Shown here: piece by piece, positions 49,790-60,048 of the stretch
How the letters are laid out: every line of letters begins with the position of its first letter
Position numbering within the stretch: position 1 is the first letter of the stretch
From: a virus
Lineage: Duplodnaviria; Caudoviricetes
IMG/VR virus record: IMGVR_UViG_3300037851_000141
Location: 267,850-331,849 of that record
Reading direction: 5' to 3' (one strand)
Length of the DNA stretch: 64,000 bases
The notes under the pieces: model-generated
The model's database searches: none
Told to the model about the DNA's origin: nothing
Seen by the model: only the letters and a program-made list of their open reading frames with translations
Made by a program: the position numbers and the translations under genes

Positions 49790-50131
49790 ATGAAAGCCAA
49801 AGACATACAGATTACCATCATTACTGCCGGAACGGTTCTTGTCTTCGGCCTTGGTCTTTTCTCTACTGGTATCTACTACTCCAAAAAGGCTAAAGTTTGG
49901 GAAGATAAGTATAATAAATCCAATACTGAACTTGAGGCACTACGTAAAGCAACTGAAGAAAGACATTTACGATTCCAAGCAGCTAAATGCCATCAAGAAT
50001 CAATTGACCTATTAATAAAGTCAAGAGATAATTGGAAAAATCTCTATCTCCAAGAACAAAAGAAATATAACGATCTGGTAAAAACTAAAGGAAAGAGTAA
50101 TGTGAAAAACCCCAATACTCTTTCTCGATAA
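49790..50131 (+). CDS. membrane-anchored coiled-coil protein
   Basis: N-terminal TM helix; TTGACA-N16-TATAAT with ATG 7 nt later. Confidence 0.65.
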   Translation: MKAKDIQITIITAGTVLVFGLGLFSTGIYYSKKAKVWEDKYNKSNTELEALRKATEERHLRFQAAKCHQESIDLLIKSRDNWKNLYLQEQKKYNDLVKTKGKSNVKNPNTLSR

Positions 50132-50199
50132 GAGTATTTTTTCTTGACATCCAACTGTTTCATAGTAGACAATCAACCATAAAAAGACACACCATCTTG

Positions 50200-50804
50200 T
50201 TAGGACGGTGTATCTACCCAGCGCAATCCCTTATCTGTCTTCATCAGTATTTCTTCCAACATTACAGGATTCTTCTTATCAGCATTTACCCATTTCCGTA
50301 CATTACCTAAATCAATCTTGAGAAACCAAAACTTACCAAACTTATCTTGCCTCATTGAAAGAGAAGGTAAGTCTTGTAGTTCAAAGGGTTTATACTCAAG
50401 ATTAAAGCAGATGTCATTAGTATTCATATCCGAACCTTCTTGGTTGAAACAACTTGAACGATAGGACCACGCTCGAAAGTGATACCGGAAGTCTGTTGAA
50501 CAAACTTCTCATATATCAACTTATCAGCATGGTTCTTATTGCGAGCCTGGACATGAACGCATCCAATCTCGGCAACGCATGACTTGAAGGTAGGCATGGT
50601 TTAGTACCCCATAATTTCATTGATAATGGTGATCCAGTTTTTAGCAACATTTTCAGATTCAATATAAACATCTACACTATTTTCATTACCAAAATCAAAA
50701 TGAACAAACCACGATTGATTACCAGAAACATAATTAAAGTCTGCCTTAACAAAGAGGACTTTATCCAGATTAATGACATGATCCTTAATCTTGACACGGT
50801 ACAT
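50200..50804 (-). other. short hypothetical CDSs (50200-50427, ~50424-50597, 50601-50804)
   Basis: ORF track plus one <60-aa ORF read by eye. Confidence 0.5.
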
Positions 50805-50848
50805 GGTTGTCTCCTTATGCTTCGGATTATATCAACAAAAACAGGAAG

Positions 50849-51799
50849 TCAATCTTGAATATATGTCTCTATGTCTTCTGGCGTATTTCTACCATGCTTT
50901 TGACACCAACTATAAATTGTATCAAATTGTGATTGTGTTATCTTATTAGGCAACATAAAATCATGCGGAAGACATTTTCTAATTTCAGCAAACCCTCTAG
51001 GATCTTCACGATCACGAACCTTAACCCAAGTCTTCTCTATCTCCCCTTCACTAAATCCAAGACTATCAGCTAAATCAATATGCTCCATGAATCCACAACT
51101 ATAGAAATCACCATCTGGAGAAATCCATCCATTCAAACCATTTAAGTCTTTATCAATTGAAGGCTTACCAGTTGCTTTACTAATAACTGAATCAAGGGTT
51201 TTAATAGGATTTTCAATTAAAGAATTAGCTAAATTAGAACTTATACCCGCAGCGAGCATAGTATCTTTAATCCGCCTTTGCACCATGGCAGTATCTAACT
51301 TTTGTTTGGCATATTCAACTTGTTCAGGAAACCATTCAGCATACATTTCATTCGTAAATCCATCCTTAAATCCATATTTGTTTCTTCCTGTGCAACTTGA
51401 ATAACTTTGTAGCAGTGAACAAGGAACTGGAATCAAACCATAAATCGAAGGAATGTTTTCAATTACACCATTCCTCATTTCTTCAAGCGCCAACATCTTT
51501 TCTTCCCGAACTTTTAATGCCTTTTCCCTCTTCTCAATCTGTTGATCCATAGAAAGCAAAGGAATACCACAACATTCAGTAGCATTATCATCCTCAATAA
51601 CCATTTCATTAATTCCAACCAACTTCTTCTTACCCAAAATGATATCCATAATCAAATCCATCTTAAACATTGGAAAACCAGACTTCAGAATATGGATAGC
51701 CTTTGTCATTTCACCTTCAACCCACACTTGCCGAACAATATCAGTGAGATAATCGCCATGAATAGAAAACGTCAGAGGGCGCATCTTTGTAGTAGCCAT
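50849..51799 (-). CDS. hypothetical protein
   Basis: 316-aa ORF; GWISPDGDFYSC...EH motif; promoter cassette. Confidence 0.7.
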   Translation of the reverse strand: MATTKMRPLTFSIHGDYLTDIVRQVWVEGEMTKAIHILKSGFPMFKMDLIMDIILGKKKLVGINEMVIEDDNATECCGIPLLSMDQQIEKREKALKVREEKMLALEEMRNGVIENIPSIYGLIPVPCSLLQSYSSCTGRNKYGFKDGFTNEMYAEWFPEQVEYAKQKLDTAMVQRRIKDTMLAAGISSNLANSLIENPIKTLDSVISKATGKPSIDKDLNGLNGWISPDGDFYSCGFMEHIDLADSLGFSEGEIEKTWVKVRDREDPRGFAEIRKCLPHDFMLPNKITQSQFDTIYSWCQKHGRNTPEDIETYIQD

Positions 51800-51845
51800 G
51801 ATTGACCCCTTTGTTGAATCTGATTATATCAACAAAAAACGGAAG

Positions 51846-52283
51846 TCAAGTATGCCCTACAGGATGAACACCATTGTCTAAAACCTCAAAATTAAGGTCA
51901 TACTTCGCAGGCATTTCATCCCAACTCTTTAACCCAACTTCCTCATAACTCAATAAATGAAACTGACTTAACATCAAACTAATAACATCCTCAACTCCAT
52001 AATCATTCTTCCTGGGAGTCAATAACATATCCCGCTTCCAAGAAATATGATGAGTAAAAAATAACTGCTCAAAAAATGATTCCTTATCCCGAACAATAGC
52101 AAAACGATCCCAAGCCAACTTAACCCAATGAAGAATGTCACGGGGCTGAATATACTCAACATCCATCCCAACCCACTTACCAATCAAATGACGTAAATCC
52201 CGCATCCTATCATCAGAATGTCCATAATGACCCTTAGCATACCAAACAATCTGTAAAAGGTCAGGATCAAGGTTGTATGGCAT
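51846..52283 (-). CDS. hypothetical protein
   Basis: start moved to MPYNLD; WYAKGHY motif. Confidence 0.6.
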   Translation of the reverse strand: MPYNLDPDLLQIVWYAKGHYGHSDDRMRDLRHLIGKWVGMDVEYIQPRDILHWVKLAWDRFAIVRDKESFFEQLFFTHHISWKRDMLLTPRKNDYGVEDVISLMLSQFHLLSYEEVGLKSWDEMPAKYDLNFEVLDNGVHPVGHT

Positions 52284-52330
52284 GACTGGTTCCTCTTGTT
52301 GAATCTGATTATACCGACAAAAAGAGGAAG

Positions 52331-52830
52331 TCAATTGGAATAATGCGGCCATTGAACGTTAAAAGCAGGCAGCACAGGCACAGGATCCAAAAAACAATAC
52401 TCATCATAAATCTCTTGAATATCCTGGTACTTCTTCGCCACCGATAAGAGAGGTTTCACAGTCTTCGAGTAAATAGATTCATCACCAACCATTGTCCTAT
52501 ATTCACCAGCACAATAAGAAATAACAATCCACGACTTCTCCAAACCCAAAATACAAAACCGGGTGTCAGGAAGAACCATGGCTGTCTCCTTATACGCTGG
52601 ATTATATGAGGTAAAAGAGGAAGTCAATCAGATAACTTACACCCACATACCGGACAAAAATTGAAAGTAATATATCTAACATCATTGTCCACAATTTTAG
52701 AGGGAACATTAGAATCATAAGAAAGATGTCCACAATCAATGGTCAAAGATTCATCAGGAGCATTATCATTATGTTGGTACAAATGAAAACTAATATCCTT
52801 CCACTCACATCCTTCCGCATGCTTGGCCAT
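52331..52830 (-). other. two short hypothetical CDSs (52331-52579, 52624-52830)
   Basis: each behind a promoter cassette. Confidence 0.55.
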
Positions 52831-52991
52831 ATCTAACTCCTTATATCTCGAATTATACTGAATGAAAAAAGGAAGTCAATAACCAATTTTTTGACTTTAC
52901 CTAATATGAAAAATAAAAATGTCAATAGAGAAAAGAAAAACCTGGAGAGTAGTTTTTAGGCTACCCTCCAGGCTCAACTTTTCTCTTGACT

Positions 52992-54017
52992 TCAGACTCC
53001 CGCCAGTTCCAGAGCCTCAACCGTCGCTCGACTCTTGAGGTTGTCACCCGATCCGAACATGGCCGACTCAAACCGCTGGCCTTCCTCGGTCGTACCCTCG
53101 GTGCAGCGAGTTGCCCGGTAGAAGTCCACATATTCGATCACAGAATTCAAGGCGGCGAAGGCAGTTCCCTTGGTTCCAGTCTGATTGGTCGGCGCGTTCC
53201 AAATCTTCCAGAGTTCATCCAGACGCTTTTCCAGACGTTGCTCGGCAATCTTGGAAGCCTTGGCCTTGTCGGCAGTCTCCATGACCTTGAGGAAGTAGGC
53301 TCGGACATCGGCATCAGTCACCGGCTTGTCGGCCAAGAGTTCCAGAAGTTGACGGTTGGCCACAGCATCAGTCAGGCACTTGTCGTAGGCATTGATAGCA
53401 TCCTCAACAGACTTCTGCATGCCCTTGGTATGACGGATCTTATAGCCAGCATGCAGAGACTTGCCATACAACTTCCGGCGTGCAGCGAATTCAGCGGAAG
53501 CCATCTTAATGGTGTTCATACAGACCGTACGGATTGAGGTAGGGCAAACCGTCAAGTTGCACGACCCATCATGACCATTCTTGATCAGCATGTATGACAT
53601 CATTTCATCACCCTTGATTGCGTAGGTCAGGTCAGGAATCTTGGCCAGCACCCACACAACCTCACCCTTGCCCAGCCCGCCAGCGACTTCATACTGGATC
53701 TTGCGGCCCTTCACCAGAGACTCGAAGAAACTGACCATTTCATGATTCTGGAAAACGTTGTAGCCATCACCGACGATACCCAGGACGGCATTGGTATCGC
53801 TACGGACAGAAGCACGCATGTCAGGAATATCGATGTCAGTAGCACCCTTGGCGACAACCGGGACCAAATCAACCCGGTAGTCGAGTCCAGCAGCGACCAG
53901 CATTTCCTGGCCCGTTGCGGCATCACCGACACGCTTCCCAAGTTTGTGCCAGGGAGTTTCACCCCGGTAAGCGATCATTGCCTGTCCAGCGGCATTGGTT
54001 GCGAGGTTGTGAGCCAT
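52992..54017 (-). CDS. DUF932 / TIGR03299-like phage-plasmid protein
   Basis: MAHNL...AYRGETPWHKLG, NGHDGS, RTVCMNT, AALNSVIEYVD. Confidence 0.85.
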   Translation of the reverse strand: MAHNLATNAAGQAMIAYRGETPWHKLGKRVGDAATGQEMLVAAGLDYRVDLVPVVAKGATDIDIPDMRASVRSDTNAVLGIVGDGYNVFQNHEMVSFFESLVKGRKIQYEVAGGLGKGEVVWVLAKIPDLTYAIKGDEMMSYMLIKNGHDGSCNLTVCPTSIRTVCMNTIKMASAEFAARRKLYGKSLHAGYKIRHTKGMQKSVEDAINAYDKCLTDAVANRQLLELLADKPVTDADVRAYFLKVMETADKAKASKIAEQRLEKRLDELWKIWNAPTNQTGTKGTAFAALNSVIEYVDFYRATRCTEGTTEEGQRFESAMFGSGDNLKSRATVEALELAGV

Positions 54018-54118
54018 GTTCGTCTCCTTGTGCGCTTGATTATATGAGCTATTTCACAAGGTCAAGAGCAATTTCCTAATCAGCGTAATGGTTTGTATGT
54101 TAGCGTTTACTTAAAATT

Positions 54119-54520
54119 TTGTGCTTGCCCTGGACTGATTTCATGTTAGGAGAAAATACAAAATCACAGTATAATATATTAAAGGAAATGATCATGAATA
54201 TTAGAGGAATCAAAAAAATAAAACAATCATTAGAAACAATAAAAAAAGAATTAGAGAAAAAGCAAGGGCAACATGATATACACGAATATCTAACTTCCGA
54301 TTTTTTATTATATATAACCAATAATGAATATAATTCTTTAGAAAAAATAGTTGAAAACTCTGGTTTATTCAAGACTGCTAAAGAATTTAATAAAGATACA
54401 GCGATTAATAATAAAGAATTTGATAAATTTATTGCTAATATTACTAATCAAAAAGTATCATCTTTCATGAATCTTATTGAACAAAGCATGATTTACTGTT
54501 TCAAGAACCCAAGAGTATAA
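54119..54520 (+). CDS. hypothetical protein
   Basis: AT-rich ORF converging on the next gene; true start probably near 54188. Confidence 0.45.
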   Translation: MCLPWTDFMLGENTKSQYNILKEMIMNIRGIKKIKQSLETIKKELEKKQGQHDIHEYLTSDFLLYITNNEYNSLEKIVENSGLFKTAKEFNKDTAINNKEFDKFIANITNQKVSSFMNLIEQSMIYCFKNPRV

Positions 54521-55419
54521 ACCAGAGGACGCAGTCGATCAGCAAAAGCCTTGAAGGTATCAGTAAAGTCTTTGTATTGAGCAGCGAATGATTCCTTAAG
54601 TATGCCATTGCGAATCTGATACCAGCCAGCGTCAAAGGCATTAAGGTGATACTCTGGCTTAATATCATGGGCAGCTTGACGCAATGGGAATGAGAGTCTG
54701 ACCAATTCCCTAGCCTTATCCAATACCGTTTGTGCGTCTGGTGAGAGAGTAGTTGATTGAAGACGAGAGAATACAAACCTATCACCAGGGAAGGCCAAGC
54801 AATCGTTGTAAATACTGTTATTGTTATGAGTTATGGCAAGATTCTTCATTTCATCCGTAGACATAAAGAAGAAATGGTTAAGGATATTCCAAGTCTTATC
54901 CTTATAGGTGATGTTGCGGAGGCTGGATTGATTGGACTTTGACTCAAAAAGAGAGAATACCAGAGCATCATTTACAAACTGTTGATACTCTGAATGATTA
55001 ACGTCAGGAACCATATACTCATCATACCGATTAATCCAATTTGCTTCAATCAATTTACGAGCAGCAAAAACAGCAATAACACGCTCAAAATTGGAAGAAT
55101 CAATAAGTACGCCTTGCCCAGCCGAAAAAGGACTTGAGTATATTCCAACTAATTGCTGATTATATTGAACATTATTAGCATTGTTATGGATATAACCAAT
55201 AGCAGTATTCGAAAATCTACCCTTACCATCATTTTTAACATTTATTGCCGAAGTCATTTGCGGAGCATCAGTTTTTTCAATTATAGCTTTAACAGGTTCA
55301 CGAATCCAATCTGACGCCAGTTTTTCACCATCAAGATTATATATGTCTTTTTCCGCAATAGTCACGATTCGACCATCAACACCATAATCCTTGACTTTGA
55401 GCTTGAAACTGGTTGCCAT
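54493..55419 (-). CDS. C-terminal (specificity/TRD-like) half of a type IIG-like R-M enzyme
   Basis: starts 43 bp after the MTase ORF behind an inserted promoter cassette; DAGWYQIR motif. Confidence 0.6.
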   Translation of the reverse strand: MATSFKLKVKDYGVDGRIVTIAEKDIYNLDGEKLASDWIREPVKAIIEKTDAPQMTSAINVKNDGKGRFSNTAIGYIHNNANNVQYNQQLVGIYSSPFSAGQGVLIDSSNFERVIAVFAARKLIEANWINRYDEYMVPDVNHSEYQQFVNDALVFSLFESKSNQSSLRNITYKDKTWNILNHFFFMSTDEMKNLAITHNNNSIYNDCLAFPGDRFVFSRLQSTTLSPDAQTVLDKARELVRLSFPLRQAAHDIKPEYHLNAFDAGWYQIRNGILKESFAAQYKDFTDTFKAFADRLRPLVYTLGFLKQ

Positions 55420-55462
55420 GTTGTGTCCTTTATGATTTTATTATATGCCTTATTTTAGAGAG

Positions 55463-56959
55463 TCAAGCCTTGAAAATCGTAAATGCTATGCTCCAAGAAT
55501 CAGCTACATCAGCAAAATGACTTGCTTGAAACATCATACCATCAATAAACGACACATTATTTGTTAGCATTCCTCTAAAGTTTTCATAATAACTACCAGA
55601 CATAATTTTGGCATCAGTAAAGGTTGCCATCACAGAATCTTTCAGCTTATACTGGTCAACAATCTTCATAATCCGATACATGAATTGAGTATAAAGTTGT
55701 TTACAGGCATTTCCCATATTATCATCATTCATCATCTTATTTACCACAGTTTCAGTAATTCCAGCCTTATTCGTTCCATCCATATCCATATTAGCAAAAG
55801 TACCATAAGGCGGATTATTCAAGAAAACCACCTTCTTACAACTCTCTAATGCCTTCCGTAATCCCTCTGGCAATATATCCAAACCATCATTCAAGAAATC
55901 CATCTTAAACACGCAAGCACCAGAATTATAACCAGCTTCACGAATAATGTTAATGTCAGTATCCTCCAAAGTACTCAAATACAATTCCTTAAATCCAAAA
56001 TCCCGAGTTAAGTTAGCAGTACCACATGAACAATCCCAAACTACATACTCATCACGCCAATTCTCACCCAAATGCTCACTTAACATCTTATGAGCCTCGT
56101 TTACCCAATCAGCAGGAGTAAAAAAAGCACCAGTCCGCCGTCGCTTCATTTCAGTAATCAACCGATCCTTATTTGCTGTCAACTCCCGCAACTCAACAGG
56201 ATTATGAGTCTCCTTATACAGACTAAAGAAACCACCATAAGACCGCTTGTTAATCTTTACTTCACTATCCCCAACAATCAACGTACCATCTTTCTTGGGA
56301 TGCGGATAGCAGTCTTGAGGCGAAGTCAAAACCTTATAGAAAACCTCAATCATCCTATTCTCATCAATTTCCTTCTCCTTAATAACATTCTTCATCCAAT
56401 ACTCAAAGACATTAGGCAGAGTCTTGGCAGTAATAGGCAACTCCGCTTTACTCTGCCGAATCTGACGACTAAAGTAAAAGTGAACAGTCTCCCACTTGAA
56501 ATCATCATTAACATCAAACTTCATAGGATAAATGTTAGAATCCTTCATCAAGTCCGACATCAGTTGAAGATTCTTACCAGCAGAGGATGGCGCAATAGTC
56601 CAATCATAGTTGCCCCGAGCATAAGGAATCAATACAGTAGCAGAAACAACAAAACATTCATTCTTATCACCAATAAAAAGCAGATTCGGAGGCTCAACAC
56701 CTTCCTCAATAAACTTGTGAATATAACAAACAGATTGAGCAATAACTTGGAACTTCTCAACTTCAATGTTAAAGTCACAATCATGCTTGAACTCACACAG
56801 AATACGAGCCTCATCCCGAACTAAATAACCATCACACTTATATGGACTTGTAAACGACCCATCCTTATAAACGCCAGCAAGATAAGCCCGCCAAGCATTT
56901 TCAACATCCTTCTCATTAACAGCAACAGACAGATTCTTGAAGATGCTGGAACGGGCCAT
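55463..56959 (-). CDS. endonuclease-methyltransferase N-half of a type IIG-like R-M enzyme
   Basis: CDGYL...CEFK (PD-(D/E)xK-like), GAFFTP, VWDCSCGTAN (motif I), LNNPPY (motif IV). Confidence 0.8.
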   Translation of the reverse strand: MARSSIFKNLSVAVNEKDVENAWRAYLAGVYKDGSFTSPYKCDGYLVRDEARILCEFKHDCDFNIEVEKFQVIAQSVCYIHKFIEEGVEPPNLLFIGDKNECFVVSATVLIPYARGNYDWTIAPSSAGKNLQLMSDLMKDSNIYPMKFDVNDDFKWETVHFYFSRQIRQSKAELPITAKTLPNVFEYWMKNVIKEKEIDENRMIEVFYKVLTSPQDCYPHPKKDGTLIVGDSEVKINKRSYGGFFSLYKETHNPVELRELTANKDRLITEMKRRRTGAFFTPADWVNEAHKMLSEHLGENWRDEYVVWDCSCGTANLTRDFGFKELYLSTLEDTDINIIREAGYNSGACVFKMDFLNDGLDILPEGLRKALESCKKVVFLNNPPYGTFANMDMDGTNKAGITETVVNKMMNDDNMGNACKQLYTQFMYRIMKIVDQYKLKDSVMATFTDAKIMSGSYYENFRGMLTNNVSFIDGMMFQASHFADVADSWSIAFTIFKA

Positions 56960-57155
56960 AGGATGTTTCCTTTATGCCTGGATTATATCAGCTATTTATG
57001 AGAGTCAATAGGCAAGATTCTGAAACAAAACGGCGCGGCCACTACCATGAATCCATCCAGTTGTCAAATAAAAAATTTAGCGAGTTGAAAAGATGAAATA
57101 AAGATAGGCCAGGATTTGATTCCCAGCCTACCTTTGCGTTATTAGCGAGTTGGTT

Positions 57156-57917
57156 TTAGGCGGGAGCAAGGTCAGGGTGGAGAGTCTGAACCTTCACAAC
57201 CTCCTGCGGATCAAGAACCTCACCACCGATGGCCAGCGAGTTGTGATTGTCGGTCTTGAGGCTGATGGTGCGGAATTGGCAGGTACGGGTCTTGAGGGCC
57301 GAGTTGATAGCGTTATCCATGAGAACCTTGGCCCCCGAGTTGACAACCTTCCGCTCGCCCTTCTCGACATACTTTCGGCCGAGTTCTATGACAGAGAGCA
57401 TGATGCTATCGACTTGGGGGTGGCCATCGACCAGGACCGGATGCTTCAGACCGTCCTCGCCCTTTTCAGTCACCAGATGGACCTTGACGCCGAGGGCAGT
57501 ATGGACATAGCACCGATCATGGCCCTGCCGATGGGCATCGTTCCGCTCGCCATCCAGAGTCTTCTGCATCGACTCAATCATCTTGGTCACACACTCGCAA
57601 AAGAGCTTGTGCTGATCCGAAGGCAACATGGCGAGGATTTTGGCCTCCCGAATATCCAGATCGTTGAATGCCAGGGCCTTGAGGGCTTCCAGCTTTCGGT
57701 CATAGAGCCTTTCCGTGGAAAATTTGCTGATGAAGGACAGATCGATGGTCGGAACAACCTTCCAGTCCGTAGTTGGCTGGTAGCCACGGACAGTGGCGAT
57801 TCCGCCATTGTTGAGGCTGGCCAGGATGTTCAGATCGCTAGCCTGCTTGGCGGTGGCCCAAACGGGCTTGCCGTCCAAGTCAATCAGGATCCGGTCAGTG
57901 GTGAGGGGTTGAGTCAT
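57156..57917 (-). CDS. conserved phage hypothetical protein
   Basis: start moved to MTQPLT (AGGAG RBS); GC-rich codons. Confidence 0.7.
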   Translation of the reverse strand: MTQPLTTDRILIDLDGKPVWATAKQASDLNILASLNNGGIATVRGYQPTTDWKVVPTIDLSFISKFSTERLYDRKLEALKALAFNDLDIREAKILAMLPSDQHKLFCECVTKMIESMQKTLDGERNDAHRQGHDRCYVHTALGVKVHLVTEKGEDGLKHPVLVDGHPQVDSIMLSVIELGRKYVEKGERKVVNSGAKVLMDNAINSALKTRTCQFRTISLKTDNHNSLAIGGEVLDPQEVVKVQTLHPDLAPA

Positions 57918-58410
57918 GGCGTTGCTCCTAGTGGGCTTGCCTTGGGTGATGCTTGAGTATATCAGTCTGGCCTTGCCTGTCAATAGGCTTGTTCCAGGCG
58001 CTTTCTGACAGACTCATTGCTTGGTCATGCGCTTGATTATATGGAGTTTCTTGAATGGTCAAATGGATTCTTTTAGGGTGATTTAGTGCTTGCTTATCAT
58101 TGGATTCATAGTATAGGAAACAATTGATAACAAAAAGCCCCAGGATTGGATTCCCAGGGCTTTAGTGGATTCAATGGTTGATGGCTTGAACGATCCAGAT
58201 AATACCACTCACAATTGCCCCGATCATTCCAAGGCTACTGACAATCCAGCCAATCAGACCGGAACAGAAAGCCTTGCGGATGTTGATTTCCTCGCTTTTG
58301 ATGGCAAGAATCAGAATAAAGACATACCAGCCGGCCCCACAGAGGAAGATGGCTAGGAATGTCCAAAAAGCGGCTTGGGCTTGTTCGATGGTGGTCAGGG
58401 TTTATTCCTT

Positions 58411-58749
58411 TCAGACGATGGTACGGTAATGCTTGGGAAGGCGACCATCAGCATGAGCCTTTTCCGCCCAGGCTTTTGATTCAGCCAAGCCAGCGCCAGT
58501 CAGATGCCGGTAAGCCTTGATGGTATTGATGAACCAGCTAAAGCTACCATGCTGCTTGTAAGGATCTTCATCGTGCCACTTCTCAACCATATCAATAACC
58601 TTCTTCTGAATCGGAATCTCGCCCACGCCCAGCAGATGACAAACTTTGGTAGGGGAATCTTCGAGCAGTTTCAGAAGAGTATCCTGCAACTCCTTGGTAC
58701 ACATGAGGTTAATCTTCTGGCAGGCTGCGATGATGGTTGCGGTCTTCAT
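58411..58749 (-). CDS. protein with ribosomal L7/L12 C-terminal-like motif
   Basis: INTIKAYRHLTGAGLAESKAWAE resembles the IK.vR..TG.GLkEAK..VE signature. Confidence 0.6.
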   Translation of the reverse strand: MKTATIIAACQKINLMCTKELQDTLLKLLEDSPTKVCHLLGVGEIPIQKKVIDMVEKWHDEDPYKQHGSFSWFINTIKAYRHLTGAGLAESKAWAEKAHADGRLPKHYRTIV

Positions 58750-58918
58750 GGTGGTTTGTTTCCTTATGCGCTTGATTATATAAGCTATTTCAGAGAGTCA
58801 ACAGTCTTTTTCTTGTGGTATTTTATGCTTGCTTATCGTTGGATTCATAGTATAGGAAACGACTGATAACAAAAAACACTCCAACACCTTATTAGTATGA
58901 TGTTGGAGTGTTTGGATT

Positions 58919-59308
58919 TTACGCAATTGCCAGAGTCTTCTTCTTGGCCTTGGCACGTTCCTTCACAGCATGCCAACCTTCAAGCCAGGACTTATGATAT
59001 GCTCCCTGATCCTCATTTCCAAGCATCTTAACGAACTTGGCAGGACAATCGTAGTAGTAAGGTCCGCAACTGGTTTCAATGTCCTTAAAGCCGATATTAG
59101 GGTATCCTTGCTCCATCTTGCGTTCAATCAAAGTCACCATGATAAAGTGATGTCCGGTTTCCTTCACCTTCCAGACAGACCAGCAACGGGAATTGAAGGC
59201 ACGGAAGGCATGAGCAACCAATTCAACCTTTTCACAACTCTTATAGTCATTCTCCCAGGCTTGACGATTCGTAGTACCGGAAGAATGCGATTGAAAAAGC
59301 CAGCCCAT
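58919..59308 (-). CDS. DUF6927-like protein
   Basis: KDIETSCGPYYYDCP; start moved to MGWLF. Confidence 0.55.
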   Translation of the reverse strand: MGWLFQSHSSGTTNRQAWENDYKSCEKVELVAHAFRAFNSRCWSVWKVKETGHHFIMVTLIERKMEQGYPNIGFKDIETSCGPYYYDCPAKFVKMLGNEDQGAYHKSWLEGWHAVKERAKAKKKTLAIA

Positions 59309-59404
59309 GATTGTCTCCTTGTGAGAGTGATTATATATGCTATTGGAAAGAGTCAACAGCCGTTTTTCTCTTGCTTTTCTAAAATATGATATAAAATACT
59401 ACTT

Positions 59405-59596
59405 ATGAAAATTGACAATGATATTCAGTTGATTCTGGCGTGTTTCTCTGGCGAAGATGGTGGAGTTTCATTTGCTAAACTTCGTTGTCTTCTTGCTGAT
59501 TTTGAGAAGCGAGCGGAAAACGGGGATGACGCTGCTGAACAGATTTTATTAGTTGTTCATCGGTTCGCCAAGTTGATTCAGATAGCACAACAATAA
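59405..59596 (+). CDS. hypothetical protein
   Basis: ATG 7 nt after TAAAAT. Confidence 0.5.
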   Translation: MKIDNDIQLILACFSGEDGGVSFAKLRCLLADFEKRAENGDDAAEQILLVVHRFAKLIQIAQQ

Positions 59597-60048
59597 TAGT
59601 TCTTGACATTATAGGTTTTCATAATAGGCACCCAAACACATCAAAATAAAAATGAATCAACCCCACCGTTTAGAGTGAGGTTGATTCGGTCTTTAAGTTT
59701 ACTACGTCTCTTTATTAGTGCGTCTTTTCGGATTTTCACCGTTTAGTTATCAGAGTCGCATAAGGCACCTCCTGTGGTTTATGCTTATCTTGTTGAGGCT
59801 TTTATCTTATCGTCTTTTTCTTCTGTGTCAAGTGATCAATCAGAGTCCATCGTTCGCATCTTCACATATCCACACTTGGTACATTTGCGAGCTTGAATAA
59901 TACGAACAACACCCCACGATGGAGAATATGCTTCCTTAATCACAGTCCAATCCGTATAAGTATGATCGCAAAGACCAAAGAACTTACGGATGAGGCGAAT
60001 CATGTTTGTCTCCTTGTTGGGTTTGATTATATGCCAATTTTCACAGAG

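Noticed and set aside
56090-57956. Long + strand ORFs 56090-56824 and 57150-57956 (likewise 35994-36725, 47123-47896, 52986-53537)
   Set aside because: Antisense to genes with recognisable motifs; no expression signals
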